A stretch of DNA of 64,000 bases, from assembly GCA_012295275.1 (NCBI GenBank), contig CM022665.1, positions 40,982,001-41,046,000 of the forward strand, given 5' to 3'. The stretch comes from Chrysomallon squamiferum (Eukaryota; Animalia; Mollusca). The notes under the pieces were generated by a model, which was given only the letters and a program-made list of their open reading frames with translations, was not told the DNA's origin and did no database searches. Positions 1-13,505 of the stretch are shown here, piece after piece. Numbering within the stretch: position 1 is the first letter of the stretch; every line of letters starts with the position of its first letter. The position numbers and the translations under genes are program-made.

Positions 1-269
1 AGCTTTAATTGTTCTAAACGAAATCAGTTATGAGCTGAAGTTAGATCTTTTTTTTTTCTAAAATACCCTGAAATAAAAGAAAAGAGGATTATTGATGCAT
101 GCAGTAGAAAATGAAGCCAGGACTGAAGCTATAATTGTTCAGAAAATGATAAGAATGAAATCAGCGTTATAGTTGGCTCCAAAATAGAAACTGAAATTCT
201 TAGCATATGCAGCAAGAACTGATTATAATTAAAGCTAAGTGAGGTAAAGAAAACTGCAGTGGTATAGAC

Positions 270-520
270 ACTGGAATTAAAGTTTATATTCTGATACTGC
301 AGCAATGAAAGATTATTGCTAAATTGAATTACTTGAACTGAAGGTGAAAGATGGTTATTATTATTAAAAGTAAGTAAGCAAAACAAACTTGAGTTCTGTA
401 GATACAAACTCACAGAGGAATTGAAGTTTAAATTCTGTTTCTACAGCAGTGAATGATTATTTTAATGTGAATTACTGAAAATAAAGGAGAAAGATTGTTA
501 TTGAAATTAAGTTGTAAGAA
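270..520. repeat. Degenerate ~145-bp direct tandem duplication
   Basis: ggaattRaagtttaWattctg...cagcaRtgaaWgattatt...tgaattact...aaggWgaaagatKgttatt occurs near 273 and again near 417. Confidence 0.6.
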
Positions 521-3500
521 ATAGTTTGGAATATTTTATTTCAATAAAAAAAAAATTAAAATCAAAGATAAAAGTTAAAAAAAACAAAAACAGCATGGAA
601 ACAAAATATTATGTTTTCTTCATGAGCAGTGATATGTAAGATAAATTGAAAAGAAAGTTCTTTTTTTATATTTATCTATATATATCACTTAAAGTAATTT
701 GTCTTGGAGATTGATGAGTTATGGTTATGAAGTGAAGATACTGAAAAACATTAAATTTTATAAATAAAAATTGAAATGTATTATTGCTGCTTGGGGATAA
801 AAAAATATATTTTTGTTTATTTTAATTAAGTATAAAGAGTGTTTTTGTTGTTTTTCATTTTTTTTTTGGGTTTTTGTTTTTGTTTTGTTTTTTTAAAAAG
901 AAATGGATTATTTATTCATCAATTAATATAAACAGGAGCTGATTTTCACACAGACATTTAAGATTAATATTTATATATATAATATATATATATATTTTTT
1001 AAATATCCAATTAAATAATTTTAACAAACAAGTAAAAAAACAAAGCAACTACATTACATATAATAAAGTTACACTAAATGCCACATTAATGATTCACATA
1101 AAGAGCTTTTACTAACAACCAGTTCCTGAAAATAATACTTTTCAAACATCTGCGAAAAAACAGTACCCTACAAACTATTTGAATATATTAAATCCTACTA
1201 TCTGTTTGGAAATTATTACTGTAAAGGTAAGATCAGTTTGCATGCAAAACACTAAGTTAAAATGGTCTCATTCTGTCAGACCGTAATTATACAGTCAATG
1301 CAAACATGTAACCACAAGCACCGACATCAGGAAGTGACACATTCGTGTTGTTCCTGTTCTTAGCTTATCAAATGTACAGGGGCACACAACTGAGATACTG
1401 CTTTTGGCACCCAATATACAAAGCACCAGACCTGCATACACAGTTAAGTAAAATCACTGAAGGTATTTCGACTGGGTTTGTCGAAATGTTGTTTTGTCAT
1501 TGTTAACAATGTTACAGAAATAATAACAGTCAGTGACTGTTTGTGTATGTAACTGTGATACATTCATGTCTGTGCTTAATTATGTTGAAATAAATAATAA
1601 AATATTTATCATTCTGTTCAGTATTTATTTATCCGTTTGTTTGTTTGTTTTGTGCGATGGGGACCTGAGTTTGGGGTTGTTCTTTTTTTTGTGTTGTGCC
1701 AGAAGGCAAATAATTTATTATTATTATTAGCCAGGATTGACAGAACAATCATTTTGAAATTTATTAAAATGTATTTATGCTATTTAATCATCCTACAGCT
1801 ATAGTTTAATAAGGAACAAATACTGTTTTCAAACCATATATTATTTTATTATAACATGTGTTACATATTACCACTGAATTATAAATGTTATTCTAATTTT
1901 GATTATTCTTTTCTAAGGAAAAAAGCATTTATAAAATAAATAAACAATCATTTTGGAAAAATAACTAATAAATAAAAATGAATAATAAAATAAAATGGAT
2001 ATTAGACCCTAAGGCATAATGTGGGAAATATGAAATTATTTTATTTTATTTTATTTTTACTTCTATTTTTTAACTATCAAGCTTGTTGCTTTGTTCATGT
2101 TTGAGGCCTTTCATTTTATTTCTTATTAATGTTGTTTCTTGTGTTTTACTCGATGTTTTTTTTTTTTTTTTTTAAATGTTGATTTATTCAGTTTCACATT
2201 TTATTCTATGTTATTATCTGGTTATTATTTTTGTTCTTTTAATTTTGAAGTTTATACACGTCACTTACAAATGTTATGAATTGGCTGTTTTTATTTTGCA
2301 CTTAAAATGTGCTTGGTGCTTTTGTTCTTTTGATTTTGATTTTTGATTTTCACCATAAATAAATACTGTTATAGTATTTATTTTTTCTTCTGTTTTACAC
2401 TTTAATCTTTGTTAGAGATACATCAGTGTTCAGTATTTTAAGGGTTTTTTTTTTGTTTTTAATGTTGTTGTTTTTTGTTGTATTTTTATGATTGTTTTCT
2501 TTCTTTCTGTTTTGAAAGTTATGAAAAATGTATTTGTTTGCACTCTATTTTGCTGTTTTAAAGAATGAGGTTGGCACAAGACTTTGACAAAAAACACAAC
2601 TATATTTTTAGGTTATAAAAACTAACATTGAATTAAACATTATGGAACACTGAGATACCTTCAAGTTTCAGCAAGTTGAGTAATTTAATGATATTTCTTA
2701 CATCACTGCTTGTTATGTGTTTAATATTTTTATGTGTTAAGGTGTATGTGTTTAAATTGTTGGTTTTTTTTGTTTTTTTCTTTACTAATTTCTTTTTATT
2801 ATTATTTTTTTTTTTTTTTTTGTAATAATTTGGTTGGCATTATAATATTTTATTAAATAATTTACTATTATCTGTTTATTTTATATTTCTTAATTTCTTT
2901 TTCTTGTTCTTTCTTTTTTAAAACAACAAAAACAAACTAAAAAATAAATAAATAAATAAATAAACAAAAAAAGCAAAAACAAATAATATAGTTAAAAATG
3001 ATTCAAGTTATATTTTTTTTGTTAGCAAGCAGGGTAAAAATGTAAAACAGTTTAGGATTGCTTCTCCTCATTTGCCCAGTTGGGACATTTCCCATTCTAG
3101 ACAAAGCTCAGTGAATGATTTATGAAGGTCAATAGAGTTGTTTGTTATTGTCTTTAGTCTTCTTTATTTGTTTCATTTTATTTTATTGTTTTTTTTTATA
3201 TTTATTATTATTGTTTTTTTTTATCATTATTATTGCTAAATTTGATTAAGTTTTGGTATTTAATGGTTGGTTTTTATTTAATTTTTTTTTTTCTTGTATT
3301 CATATTTAAATTTGAGAAAAACTTTATTTATTTTTTTGTAATCATTATTTTTATTATTATTGGGTTTTTTTAATTATTATTATTGTATTATTATTTTTAT
3401 TTTAGTTTATTTTATTTATTTATTTATTAATTTTTATTTATTTATTTATTTTATTTTTTGTAAGGGATAGATTTTTTTTTCAATTGTTTATTACAGATAT

Positions 3501-4800
3501 TGGAATAGTTTTCCAGCTGATTTAATTACATAAGCAAAAATTGACTCTAAATGAAATTTAAATTTCCAATACTGTTCAAAGCTGAACGTATTATTCCAGA
3601 AGAAAAAAAATGAATGTATATTTAATTAGCTTACAAAATTCTAAAATCTTGTTGAAAAATTTTCAAATTTTATTACCCTTTCCCAAAAGGATATCTGATG
3701 ATGTTAGAACTGAACAATTATTTGTTTGGGGATTGTAAGATAAAATAAAAAATAAATGAAAACCATTTTAAAGCCTGAAAAAAAAGACATTTACTAAGCA
3801 CGGATTTAAATATAATTATACTTTTATTAGTTACAGCAACTTATTTTCCAGCCATCAGTTGAGAGCTAAAATATGTGTTTTCCTGTTTATGGGAATGTGC
3901 ACATAAAATATCCCTTACGGCTGATCACAAAAGAGCAGTTCATAAGATAGCAGCAACAGGCTGCCATGCATTGTTTATGTTATCTTTGATGTTATGTACA
4001 ATGCCCTAGATACAAAATTTAATAAAGTCTTACAATATTTCTGTGTTTCTTCCCCAAAGATATTTTGACTAAATCTCGATAAATCTAAAATGTGTTGAAA
4101 TGCCATTAAACAAACATCATGAACAAACCCCATAATGTGATTAACGACAGGAGCTGACCTATCATATCTGCTTCACATAAAACTGCCTGTGAAACATATG
4201 TGATTATAAAATTCCATCTACATCTGATGATACGTTTCTTCTCGTGGGGCTTTTGTTTCTAGTGCTTCAACCAGTTTGATGATGATCACTGTGACTGAAA
4301 CTCAAAGTAATTTGACAAGGGAATGGTATTATTCGCTTGATCAATTCATATAACTCCTCGGAGAATTACAGCTGCAGAAATCTCACTTTTCTCAAACGTG
4401 GTAGACAAAGTTTCTTCTTTCTTACATCCCTCCTTGGATGAAAGAGTCATTCAAATGAGATTATTTGTAATTTGCTTTCCATTGTGATGGTAAGAAAAAT
4501 GGCCAGCTTATCAAAGGTAATGTTTCTGAGGAAATCTGTTAATCTAACAGTCGTCTAATTGCAGCTTTCCAATTACTTCTGAATTGCCAGGAATCAGTTG
4601 TATCATCCAGAATGTTGAAGGAAATACTCCTGACATATTCATTTCAATCTGTGTGTATATCTGTCTCTCTTTATTTGGAGCAGGCTGAGAGGAGAAATGA
4701 ATTGTCTAATGAAGACCTATGAGAAAGAGATTGCCAAAGAAACAGGTCACTTGGTGCAAGTGCCACACAATATTAATGAGTCTGTCTGACTTGTAAATTG

Positions 4801-5170
4801 TTCCCCTCACTTCTCAACCTTTTGTCATTTTTTTCCTAAATCTCAGTCTGCCTTCATTTCTTTCTTCTCTCTCTGTTTTCCTCTTTTTCCTGATTTTTTT
4901 TCTTTCATTCTTAGTCTTGCCTTCTCTTCCTGTTTCTTCTTGTTTGTAATCTGTTAACTTTTTGCCCTCACTTCTCGACATTTTGATTTTTTCCTTTGTC
5001 TTTTTATCTCAGTCTCATCCTGCCTTCATTACTTTCCCTTTCTCTTTTCTTTTTCCTATCTTTTTCTTTCATTCTTGGTTTTGCCTTTTCTTTTTTTTAT
5101 GTTTCTTTCTCTGGCATTCTTTTTGTTTCTACCAACTTTGTTTCATTTTCTTTGTCTCTGTCATTCTGTC
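4801..5170. repeat. Degenerate ~160-bp pyrimidine-rich tandem duplication
   Basis: ccctcacttctc...atctcagtct...ctgccttcatt occurs near 4804 and near 4965. Confidence 0.6.
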
Positions 5171-5510
5171 CTCTCTCTTCCTCTATCTCTAAATCTTAAT
5201 AACTATCTTTCTATCAGTTTAATCTGTAGCCTTTTCATAAGTTTTATTAACATTACCATATTTCTGGCAACAAAAATGTTATAATTTAAGAAGGTGTTTT
5301 GGGGCCACAGCATAAGGAGAAGAGTAATTATTATAACTCAGATGGGAGGAGAGATGTGTAAGCATCAAAATCCTAAAAGATTTGAAAAAAATCAATTCAT
5401 CAATAAATCAATCAACCATTTGAAATGCACTTAGACATTTCTGGAATATGTGTTTTCTGAGCAAAATAGTCTTATTATAGAGTGTTTATTAGATCACTGT
5501 GTGTGTGCGT

Positions 5511-5560
<50 letters not shown>

Positions 5561-6195
5561 ACGTCATTCCACATATATGTGTAACTGTTTGCATGTGTAT
5601 GTAGTGTATTTTATTGTGCATATGTATGAGTGTTTGTGAGTGTGTGTGTACATCACTGAATGTTTATGTTGTGTATATTTGTGTGTATATGGGTATGTTT
5701 TTGTTTGTATGTGTACCTGTGTGAATCATGGTTGTATTTTATATATATATATATATATATATAAGTATGTTAGTGGCTGTAGATTTCCACACTACCATTA
5801 CACAGGAGTTGGTGCTCATACACATTCCCAGTTCCTCACAGCCTTAATGCTGGTTATTTCATCACTACTCGGCCAAGACTGGTTTAAATTTTGAGCCCTC
5901 GGACTTAGAGCAGCAGAACTAATTCCAGTCTAGGCAAAGAGGTTTGTATGACTATTTCAACAGCTCTTCTTCGACAAAAACTAAATTTTATAACCAAACA
6001 CTGTGAAAAATGGGCGACCATTGTCCCTGGATGGTTTGCTCGGGAGAGAATATTTGAACATTTCATGAATATAAATGTGATAATATCTTGAACTTGACTT
6101 GACCTAATGAAATCAGAGTGTGTGCTAGAATATTTATCAGAGTCTGATTTTGTTACCTAATTCGGGCAGAATAATAGTATGTGAGCATGTTTGTT

Positions 6196-6228
<33 letters not shown>

Positions 6229-6779
6229 TAGAGAGAAAGTGTGTGTGTGTGTGTGTGTGTGCGCGTGTGCATGCAAGAATATATTTCAGACTCTGTTTTT
6301 CTTACCTAATTTCTAGAAAAATCTATTTTTAATAATCTGCTATAGAAACTCTTAGCATTAAAAGACAGAAAATAATATCTGTTTAATAACAACTCCTACT
6401 GAAACTTCATATTATTAATCAATTTTCAAATGAAAATGGATAGTTTACATTTTTGATAAAGTAACAACAGAAAGGGGTAAGGTAACCTTCACTTGGCTTG
6501 TACAATGTAGAAATGTGGCTCCAGCATGTATTAGCCTTGTGGTTCAGTCTGACTACAGTGTTTTGTTATATTAATGCTATTTAGTTAGCTTGAAGAATAA
6601 CAGAAAATCTCTGCTGCATTAGAATTCTTCATGTGATGAGAAACATGACTGAATATTTGCTTAATAACACATCAATCTTTTCGTATTATTGTTAATGCTT
6701 TTTAAATACCATAGTTACATGTTGCTTTTTAATATGATAGAGCATGTGTTTTGGTATATGTAAAAAAAAAAAAAAAAAA

Positions 6780-6932
6780 GAAACTCATTGGTACTGATAC
6801 ATACATAGGTTATTTTTCCAATCAACAGCAGTGGATCTTTTATTTAGGTTTTCCCACAGAGAAGACAGCACATACCACGACCTTAGATAAAGCTGATCTG
6901 GAGTTCAGATTGGAATGGGAAATAGCTCAGTC
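6780..6932 (-). mobile_element. Decayed tRNA-derived SINE, central part
   Basis: cagcagtggatcttttattta...ttcccacagagaagacagcacataccacgacc...ggaatgggaaatagctca is the reverse complement of the core (ctgtgggaagg...aaaagatcccttgctg) shared by other copies in the window. Confidence 0.7.
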
Positions 6933-8797
6933 TGTGAACTAATGAGCAGAGGAGGACATGGGCTACCGTTTCTACTTTCTATTAAAAATGATAGCAGATA
7001 CACAGTTAGTCTATCACCAAAATTTGTATATGTGTTTGTGTGTATGTGCATGCATGCATGTATACATGTGTTTATATCTTGTGGACTGGATTGTAATTAG
7101 ATGAGCATGAGTTTCATTAAATAGTATCTGCAATGATAAAAATATATTTAAAATGTTAAATTCAACATTAAAGAAACCAAAAGCCACTAAACCCTCTGCC
7201 TAAAGTACTTATGCCATGACAATGTGTTTCTTTGAACTTGAAAAAAAACTTAAAACTAAAGTACAGAAAGAATTTAAAATAACACCTTACCCAGCTGAAA
7301 TAAACTAATAGGTACTAGATATGGATCTTTTAAGCATAGCACTTTACTGTTACTATTATTTTTGTTATTATTATTTTTAAAAAAAGCTACAAGCATGCCT
7401 GCAATGGGCTGACCCTCTGAGAATTCTCAGCAGGTGCAGTATAAAAAGAATTTGTCACTTATCAAAGGTGAAGGATACTTAACAGTCAGACGTTTGAAGT
7501 TACATCACAAATCAGTGATTTGATCCCACTCAATTAACACCAGAGTATTGATTATCACCTCCATACCCATGAATCACTTTGAGGAATTAATCCCCAATGT
7601 ACACTGCCTTTAGAACGAAAACCCCAAAATGTCAAATTAACCGAATGTCTATACATCTCTCTCCTTTTATCTGTGCGCCTTTCCTCTGTTATTTGTCTAT
7701 CTCTTTGTTTTTGTCTCTCTTGTTTGTTTGTTCTGTGTCCCAGTGGGTGTGTCTGCTTTCTCCTGTGATAAATATTTGTCTGATATCTTTTAGTCTGTCT
7801 GACTCCTTTTTGGCGTCTCCGATTTTATTTTATTTACTTTTATTGTTATTATTGTTATCATTTATTTTATTTTTTTTATGGTCCTGTAGATCTGTATCTG
7901 CCTCCCTTCTTTATATGTCTGCCTTTTTATCTTTTTCTCTCTTTGATACTTTTTATGGGTTTTTTCTTTCATAAAATATTCAGAGACGTGTGTTTAAAAA
8001 ACATACAGTTGGAGAATTATGAAAGAAAATTATATTGAAGTGTCTGTTTCCATCTTATTTCTGTTTTATAGCTTGTATTGGCTTATTCCATTTTCCTGTT
8101 TCTTTATTTCTCAGTATCTGTAATTTACTCTATTTTCTCTTGCTTTTTCTCAGTCTCTTTATCCATTTCTTTATCTCTCTTCTTTCTCCCTGTTTCCCTC
8201 TTTCTGTCTGCCTTTCTTTTTCTCTTGCTTTGACTTTTTCACTCTCTTTCTTGGTCTTTCTTTTTCTTTCTCTTACTTTTTAATATAATAACTACATCAT
8301 CTATATGTTCTTTCCCAATGTAAATATTTTGAAAAAAACACCAAAAAACTTATTTTCCTATGTTGTTTATATAGTACCACAAACAAAATATTTCTCTTCT
8401 TTTACCTCAATATTAAAATACCTCAGCATTATTGTGGTATGTATTTTCTGCATTCAAATCACATGAAAATTGTGTAGTCTTCCTTTCACCTTTCATTTGG
8501 TCATGATAAAAACTGAAAACTACAGGCAGGGTGGTGTTCAATATAAAAATAAGAAAAAAGTAATTAAACTTGTTATTTTGGATTAAAAGAAAAAAAAAAA
8601 AGAAAAACAATAATAAAGAGAGAAAAAAGCAATTAAAACTTGGTGTGTGCTTGTAATGGATTCCGCTGCACATTACCTAAGGGAAGGCGTCCAGAATTGC
8701 TTTGTCCACACAAACAAACTGTCTTGACCAGATCAATTAATCCGAGACTTATCCTGAGCAGCTGTTACAACTAATTGTGAGAGAGAGAGAGAGAGGG

Positions 8798-9592
8798 GGT
8801 GGCTAATTATCACAGAGAGAACGAAGGTGGCTAATGGTCAGAGATGGATGGGTAACGGTCAGAAAGAGGGAGGGAGTGGTTAATAATCTGAAAAATAGAG
8901 AGGGGCGGCTAATAATGAGAAAGAGAGACAGGGTGACTAATTGTCCTGAAAAAAGTGGGATGGCTAATGATCAGTAAGAGAGACAGTGGCTAATAATGAG
9001 AAAAAGAGACAGGGTGGCTAATAATGAGACAGGGTGACTAATTGTCCTGAAGAAAGTGGGATGGCTAATAATGAGAAAGAGAGACAGGGTGGCTAATTGT
9101 CCTGAAGAAAGTGGGATGGCTAATGATCAGTAAGAGAGACAGTGGCTAATAATGAGAAAAAGAGACAGGTGGCTAATAATGAGAAAGAGAGACAGGATAG
9201 CTAATTGTCCTGAAGAAAGTGGGATGGCTAATGATCAGTAAGAGAGACAGTGGCTAATAATGAGAAAAAGAGACAGGTGGCTAATAATGAGAAAGAGAGA
9301 CAGGGTGACTAATTGTCCTGAAGAAAGTAGGATGGCTAATGATCAGCAAGAGAGACAGTGGCTAATAATGAGAAAAAGAGACAGGTGGCTAATAATGAGA
9401 AAGAGAGACAGGGTGACTAATTGTCCTGAAGAAAGTAGGATGGCTAATGATCAGCAAGAGAGACAGTGACTAATGATCAGAAAGAGAGACAGTGACTAAT
9501 GATCAGAAAGAGAGACAGTGACTAATGATCAGAAAGAGAGACAGTGGCTAATGATCAGAAAGAGAGGGTGGCTAATGGTGAATGAGAGAGGG
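8798..9592. repeat. Minisatellite of 26-28 bp monomers with a 108-bp higher-order unit
   Basis: Three monomer types: gtggctaataatgagaaagagagacag(g), gtgactaattgtcctgaagaaagtggg and atggctaatgatcagtaagagagaca. They are arranged A-A-B-C; the ORF at 9260 repeats every 36 codons. Confidence 0.95.
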
Positions 9593-11301
9593 AGGTTCTT
9601 GCATTTTTTACTAAACTTCATTCTGTACATCAGTTATCATTCAACAGTATCTGTGTGTAAAACATTCGTCTCCTCAGATTAAAGGCTGGGGGATGAGGCC
9701 TAATGTTGAAATTGAGACTGGGGATTGATTCTCTTTTTATACTGAGCTATGTACAAATATTATTTCTTGCTTATATTGACATCATTTGTATGGTCACTGA
9801 TTTCTGGACTGGAGGACTGAAAGTCAGAATGATATCCAGTAAAGATAATGCAGCTGATAAATATTGTGAGAAAATCTACAACCGCAGCAAAAATTCTTTA
9901 ATATTCACTTTTCCTTATGTCCTACAAAAGATAGCAAAAATGTCATTGCCATTTCTACACCAGTCTCAGAATTCTTTTAGCCACAGTAAGAAAACACATA
10001 TTATGGATTTGGCACGATATGCCATTTTTATTTGTCCATAAATCTCAAACCACTTACAGCGAAAGTAAGAGTTCTTTGGCAAGAAAATATATATATATAT
10101 ATATAAAAGAGAAGACAGTGCATACCATTATCTTTGATAAACTAAATTCAGAACACTGGCTGGAATTAGACATTGCTCATGGATAGAATAAAGACAATAG
10201 ATCATTGAACCTATTACTCTTTAAATAAGTGTTTTGCAACAAAACCACTGCTTGTTCCTGACTGTGGAGAGGTCAACACCCTCTTTTACTAAGCTCTATA
10301 CTGAGAACAGAAGCTATGAATCTTCTATCAGAATTAGGTTAGGCTTGCATTGATATTAATGTCAATAAATCAGCATTGCTTATAAGATCCAGAGATTGGA
10401 CATTTTTCATACATCTTTTCTTCCCAAGAGTATTACTTTTTTGGTACCATCCATCATTTATTGTAGAATTTTTGGGGGGTTTTTTGTTTAATAAATTTGA
10501 ACATTGTTATTTTAATACTTTTAAAAGTATTAAAGTTGTCTTGCTTTGATTTATTATTGTCTGGGTTTCCTTTGTGAAAAGGGATGATGTAGCATGTAGG
10601 TACAAAACAACAAGAGGATGGTTAGAAGCCAACAATCTTTTGTGCTTATGGGATTTTGTATTTGTGGTTTTTAATAGAAGAATCGTGATAAATAAGCTTA
10701 TTTTTTTTTTGCTATTATTCTGTTTATTAGGTTAAATATTTGTAATTTTTATTTAGTTTATGTGGAGTTATTGTTTGAAGTTTTTCACAACAAAAAGATT
10801 AGAAACTAAATATTTTGTTTGTTCTCATTCAATATTCATTTTCCTTGGCTACTAGATTTTATTGTCTTGATTTAACAAATGCTGCTTATTTAAAATTTAT
10901 TACTTTTTGCATTATTGTTATATTATTATTATTATTATTATCATTATTGACATTATTATCATCATCATCATCATCATCTTGATTACTTTCATCATTGTTT
11001 TTATTACAAGCTATTGTCAGTCTGCTATTATCAACAATATATCTTAGATATGCACCTTCCCATGAATATGAAAAAACACATGATGGTTTCTAATATTTAT
11101 TTTATAGGACAGTGAAAACAAGACTAACTGTTTTGTCTCATTAATTAAAAAATAACAGTTAATGTGGTTTGTATTTCATCACTTCAGAATTCATTCAGCT
11201 GTTTCTAAACTCTTATTCTTCATTTATTAAAAAGACTCTCTAATGTTTCTATGTTTCTTGACATAAAATACTATTTAAAATACTATAAAATACTATTATT
11301 A

Positions 11302-11340
11302 CACCACAGGCAAGCACTCTAACCAATGGGCCACATACTG
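11302..11340 (-). mobile_element. SINE tRNA-like head fragment
   Basis: The reverse complement reads gtggcccattggttagagtgcttgcctgtggtg, which is Pol III A-box-like. Confidence 0.5.
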
Positions 11341-11733
11341 TTTGCCTTTCCCTCATCCTGGACCGGGTCATAACAAATTAAACATAATTAACTTTACTTT
11401 ATTTCCATTTCTGATTATTCTCATATACAAGCCGAGTAAATACATTTTTCAAGCAGAATCCTTTTGCCAAAGTGAAGTAACTGAATTGATAGACTGTGTG
11501 TGTGTGTGTGTTTGACACTGAACAGGGTATTGGAAGCTTCATTTAAATTACTGTCATCTCACCAGAAGAAACTGTTAAGACTGTCCAGCAGTGTTTATTC
11601 AGAGAAGGATGTCAGATCTACCACCTCTGTGTCTCAGAAATGATTCAGACAATACCAAGCTTTTGTTTCTTTGAGGATGAAAGTACAAATCAAACAGGAT
11701 AAATTAGTTTGTCTTGTAAAGAATTTGGTATCA

Positions 11734-11736
<3 letters not shown>

Positions 11737-11804
<68 letters not shown>
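11737..11804. repeat. (CT)n microsatellite
   Basis: Uninterrupted CT run read directly. Confidence 0.98.
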
Positions 11805-11806
<2 letters not shown>

Positions 11807-13137
11807 GTCCAGGTGAGAGTGAGTGAGTGTGTGTGTATATGTATACATGTAATCTAGGTATGTGTGTGTCTTATGTAATGTAGGTATGTGTACTGCTTTA
11901 TTTTTATTTTTTTTTTAATGTTTTTTTTAAAAAGCTTATCCTTGATTTTGTTTTGTTTGTTTGCTTGTTTGGGTTTTTTCATTGTCTTCTGGTTTGCTAC
12001 ATGTTTGCCTTCCTTTATTAAATATTTAGGTTTTTCGATTTTTCGGTATCAGTCCTTGAATGGAATTCCCTTCTGGGGATTTATTTCATAAAATTAAATT
12101 AAATTTAACAACTCAAAGTTAATGTAAAAATTTCAGTGAAATGTAATGCATTAAAGAGAAACTGTCAAAAATTATTTTTGCCTTCTGTTCTTATTAACAC
12201 CTGCTTACAGGTTTTTATTACATTTTTAATTCTATTGTTATTTTTATTTATTTTTTATTTTTTATTTTTTTATGTTATAAAGTAACCCAGAATTTTCATT
12301 TTCTTTTTCTTTTTTACTTTTTTTTCTTTTCTTTGTTGTTGTTAAGTTATATGGTTTGTCAGCCATGATTGTTTTAATTTGATTTTCTCTTTTCATTTGT
12401 CTGAAGCAGTTATTTTCAAATTTAAGGTGGGAAGAAAAAAAAAGAAAAGAAAAAAAGAATTTTGATTTAATTGCATATTTCAGAACACAAAATTTTTGTT
12501 GCCTATTATACTTTTATACAAGATTGATTTTTTAAATAATGAAAAGAAAAAAGTAGAGAGTAAATCTGACTTTTTTGGCCTATAAATTTGTTAGGATAAA
12601 TAATTAAATAAATAATTTTATCTTTAATTAACTGGATATTCATTCGTGTCAATTCAGTCTGATTATTTTCATAGTTGATAACTGAAACAATGTATTATGA
12701 AAATTCTCTTACAGACAATTTCTTATATATTTTAACAAAATGAAATCCACTGAATTGACAAAACAAAATCTTGGTCACTTGAAAGCAAATGACAAATTAA
12801 ATTTGAATGTTATGTACATTGTCACAGTGTGACAACAGCACACTGATTAAATTGTGTTGTGAGACCCAGAACTTAGTGTCACATTTCAAATCAAATTTTA
12901 TTATACTTCCCACTTAAAGATTAACCCTGCTTCCTTGCAGGCCAGTTGGTCAGTTCATTTATTGCTATGTGACTGAGCAATGTATCAGCTTGTAAAAGGT
13001 CTCAGACCACAGTTCTAAAAGATGCTGATGCAGCAAATATAGAAAGTAGAAACCGTAGTTAAAATTATCTACAAAAAGTTTCAGGATAAAGTTTTACTAC
13101 AGTTTTTCCAAAATTAGTCATAGCATTTAAAAAATTG

Positions 13138-13181
<44 letters not shown>

Positions 13182-13190
13182 TTTCATTTC

Positions 13191-13354
13191 TCTGTGGGAA
13201 GGTTCACATAAACAGTCCATTTTGCTAATTCAGAAAGAGTAGCCCATTGTATGGCAGCATTAGTTTTACATTTTTCTTATCCATATGAATGGTATCTTGC
13301 AACCATACATATAGTGTATGAGCATTACATTAAATAAAATACTTCTTCTTCTTC
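13191..13354 (+). mobile_element. Decayed SINE, 3' half
   Basis: ctgtgggaaggttcacataaa...tgctaattcagaaagagtagcccattgtatggcagc, ending in a ttaaataaaatacttcttcttc tail. Confidence 0.7.
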
Positions 13355-13361
13355 ATTTTCT

Positions 13362-13505
13362 TGGAGTAGTATATAGTTCAATCAAGGTGTTCTTGTTTCA
13401 CTGTTTTATGTATGATAGTATACAGGATCAGTTCTCCTTAGTTCACACCTTGGCATATCTTTCCATTCCAGCCAAATATTCCCAAAATGGTGTATCAGAG
13501 ACATG
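13362..13505 (+). mobile_element. Highly decayed SINE, 5' half
   Basis: caggatcagttctcctt (B-box-like) followed by ttccattccagcca...tggtgtatca, the same order as at 29228. Confidence 0.45.

Noticed and set aside
1361-1382. miR-21-like start (tagcttatca)
   Set aside because: Only 10 nt match, and they sit in the loop of a short stem rather than on a pre-miRNA arm.
4224-4298. C/D-box snoRNA-like layout (tgatga...tgatga...ctga)
   Set aside because: The C box is imperfect, there is no terminal stem, and I recognise no rRNA-complementary guide.
9260-9469. Repetitive 69-aa ORF
   Set aside because: It is the translation of the 108-bp minisatellite unit; neighbouring units carry a stop (cagtaa) at the equivalent position.
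8798-9592. CRISPR-like repeat/spacer pattern
   Set aside because: The intervening sequences are themselves repeated rather than unique spacers, there are no cas genes, and the context is eukaryotic.
9703-10041. 112-aa ORF with ordinary composition
   Set aside because: No recognisable motif and no convincing splice sites; one ORF of this size is plausible by chance.
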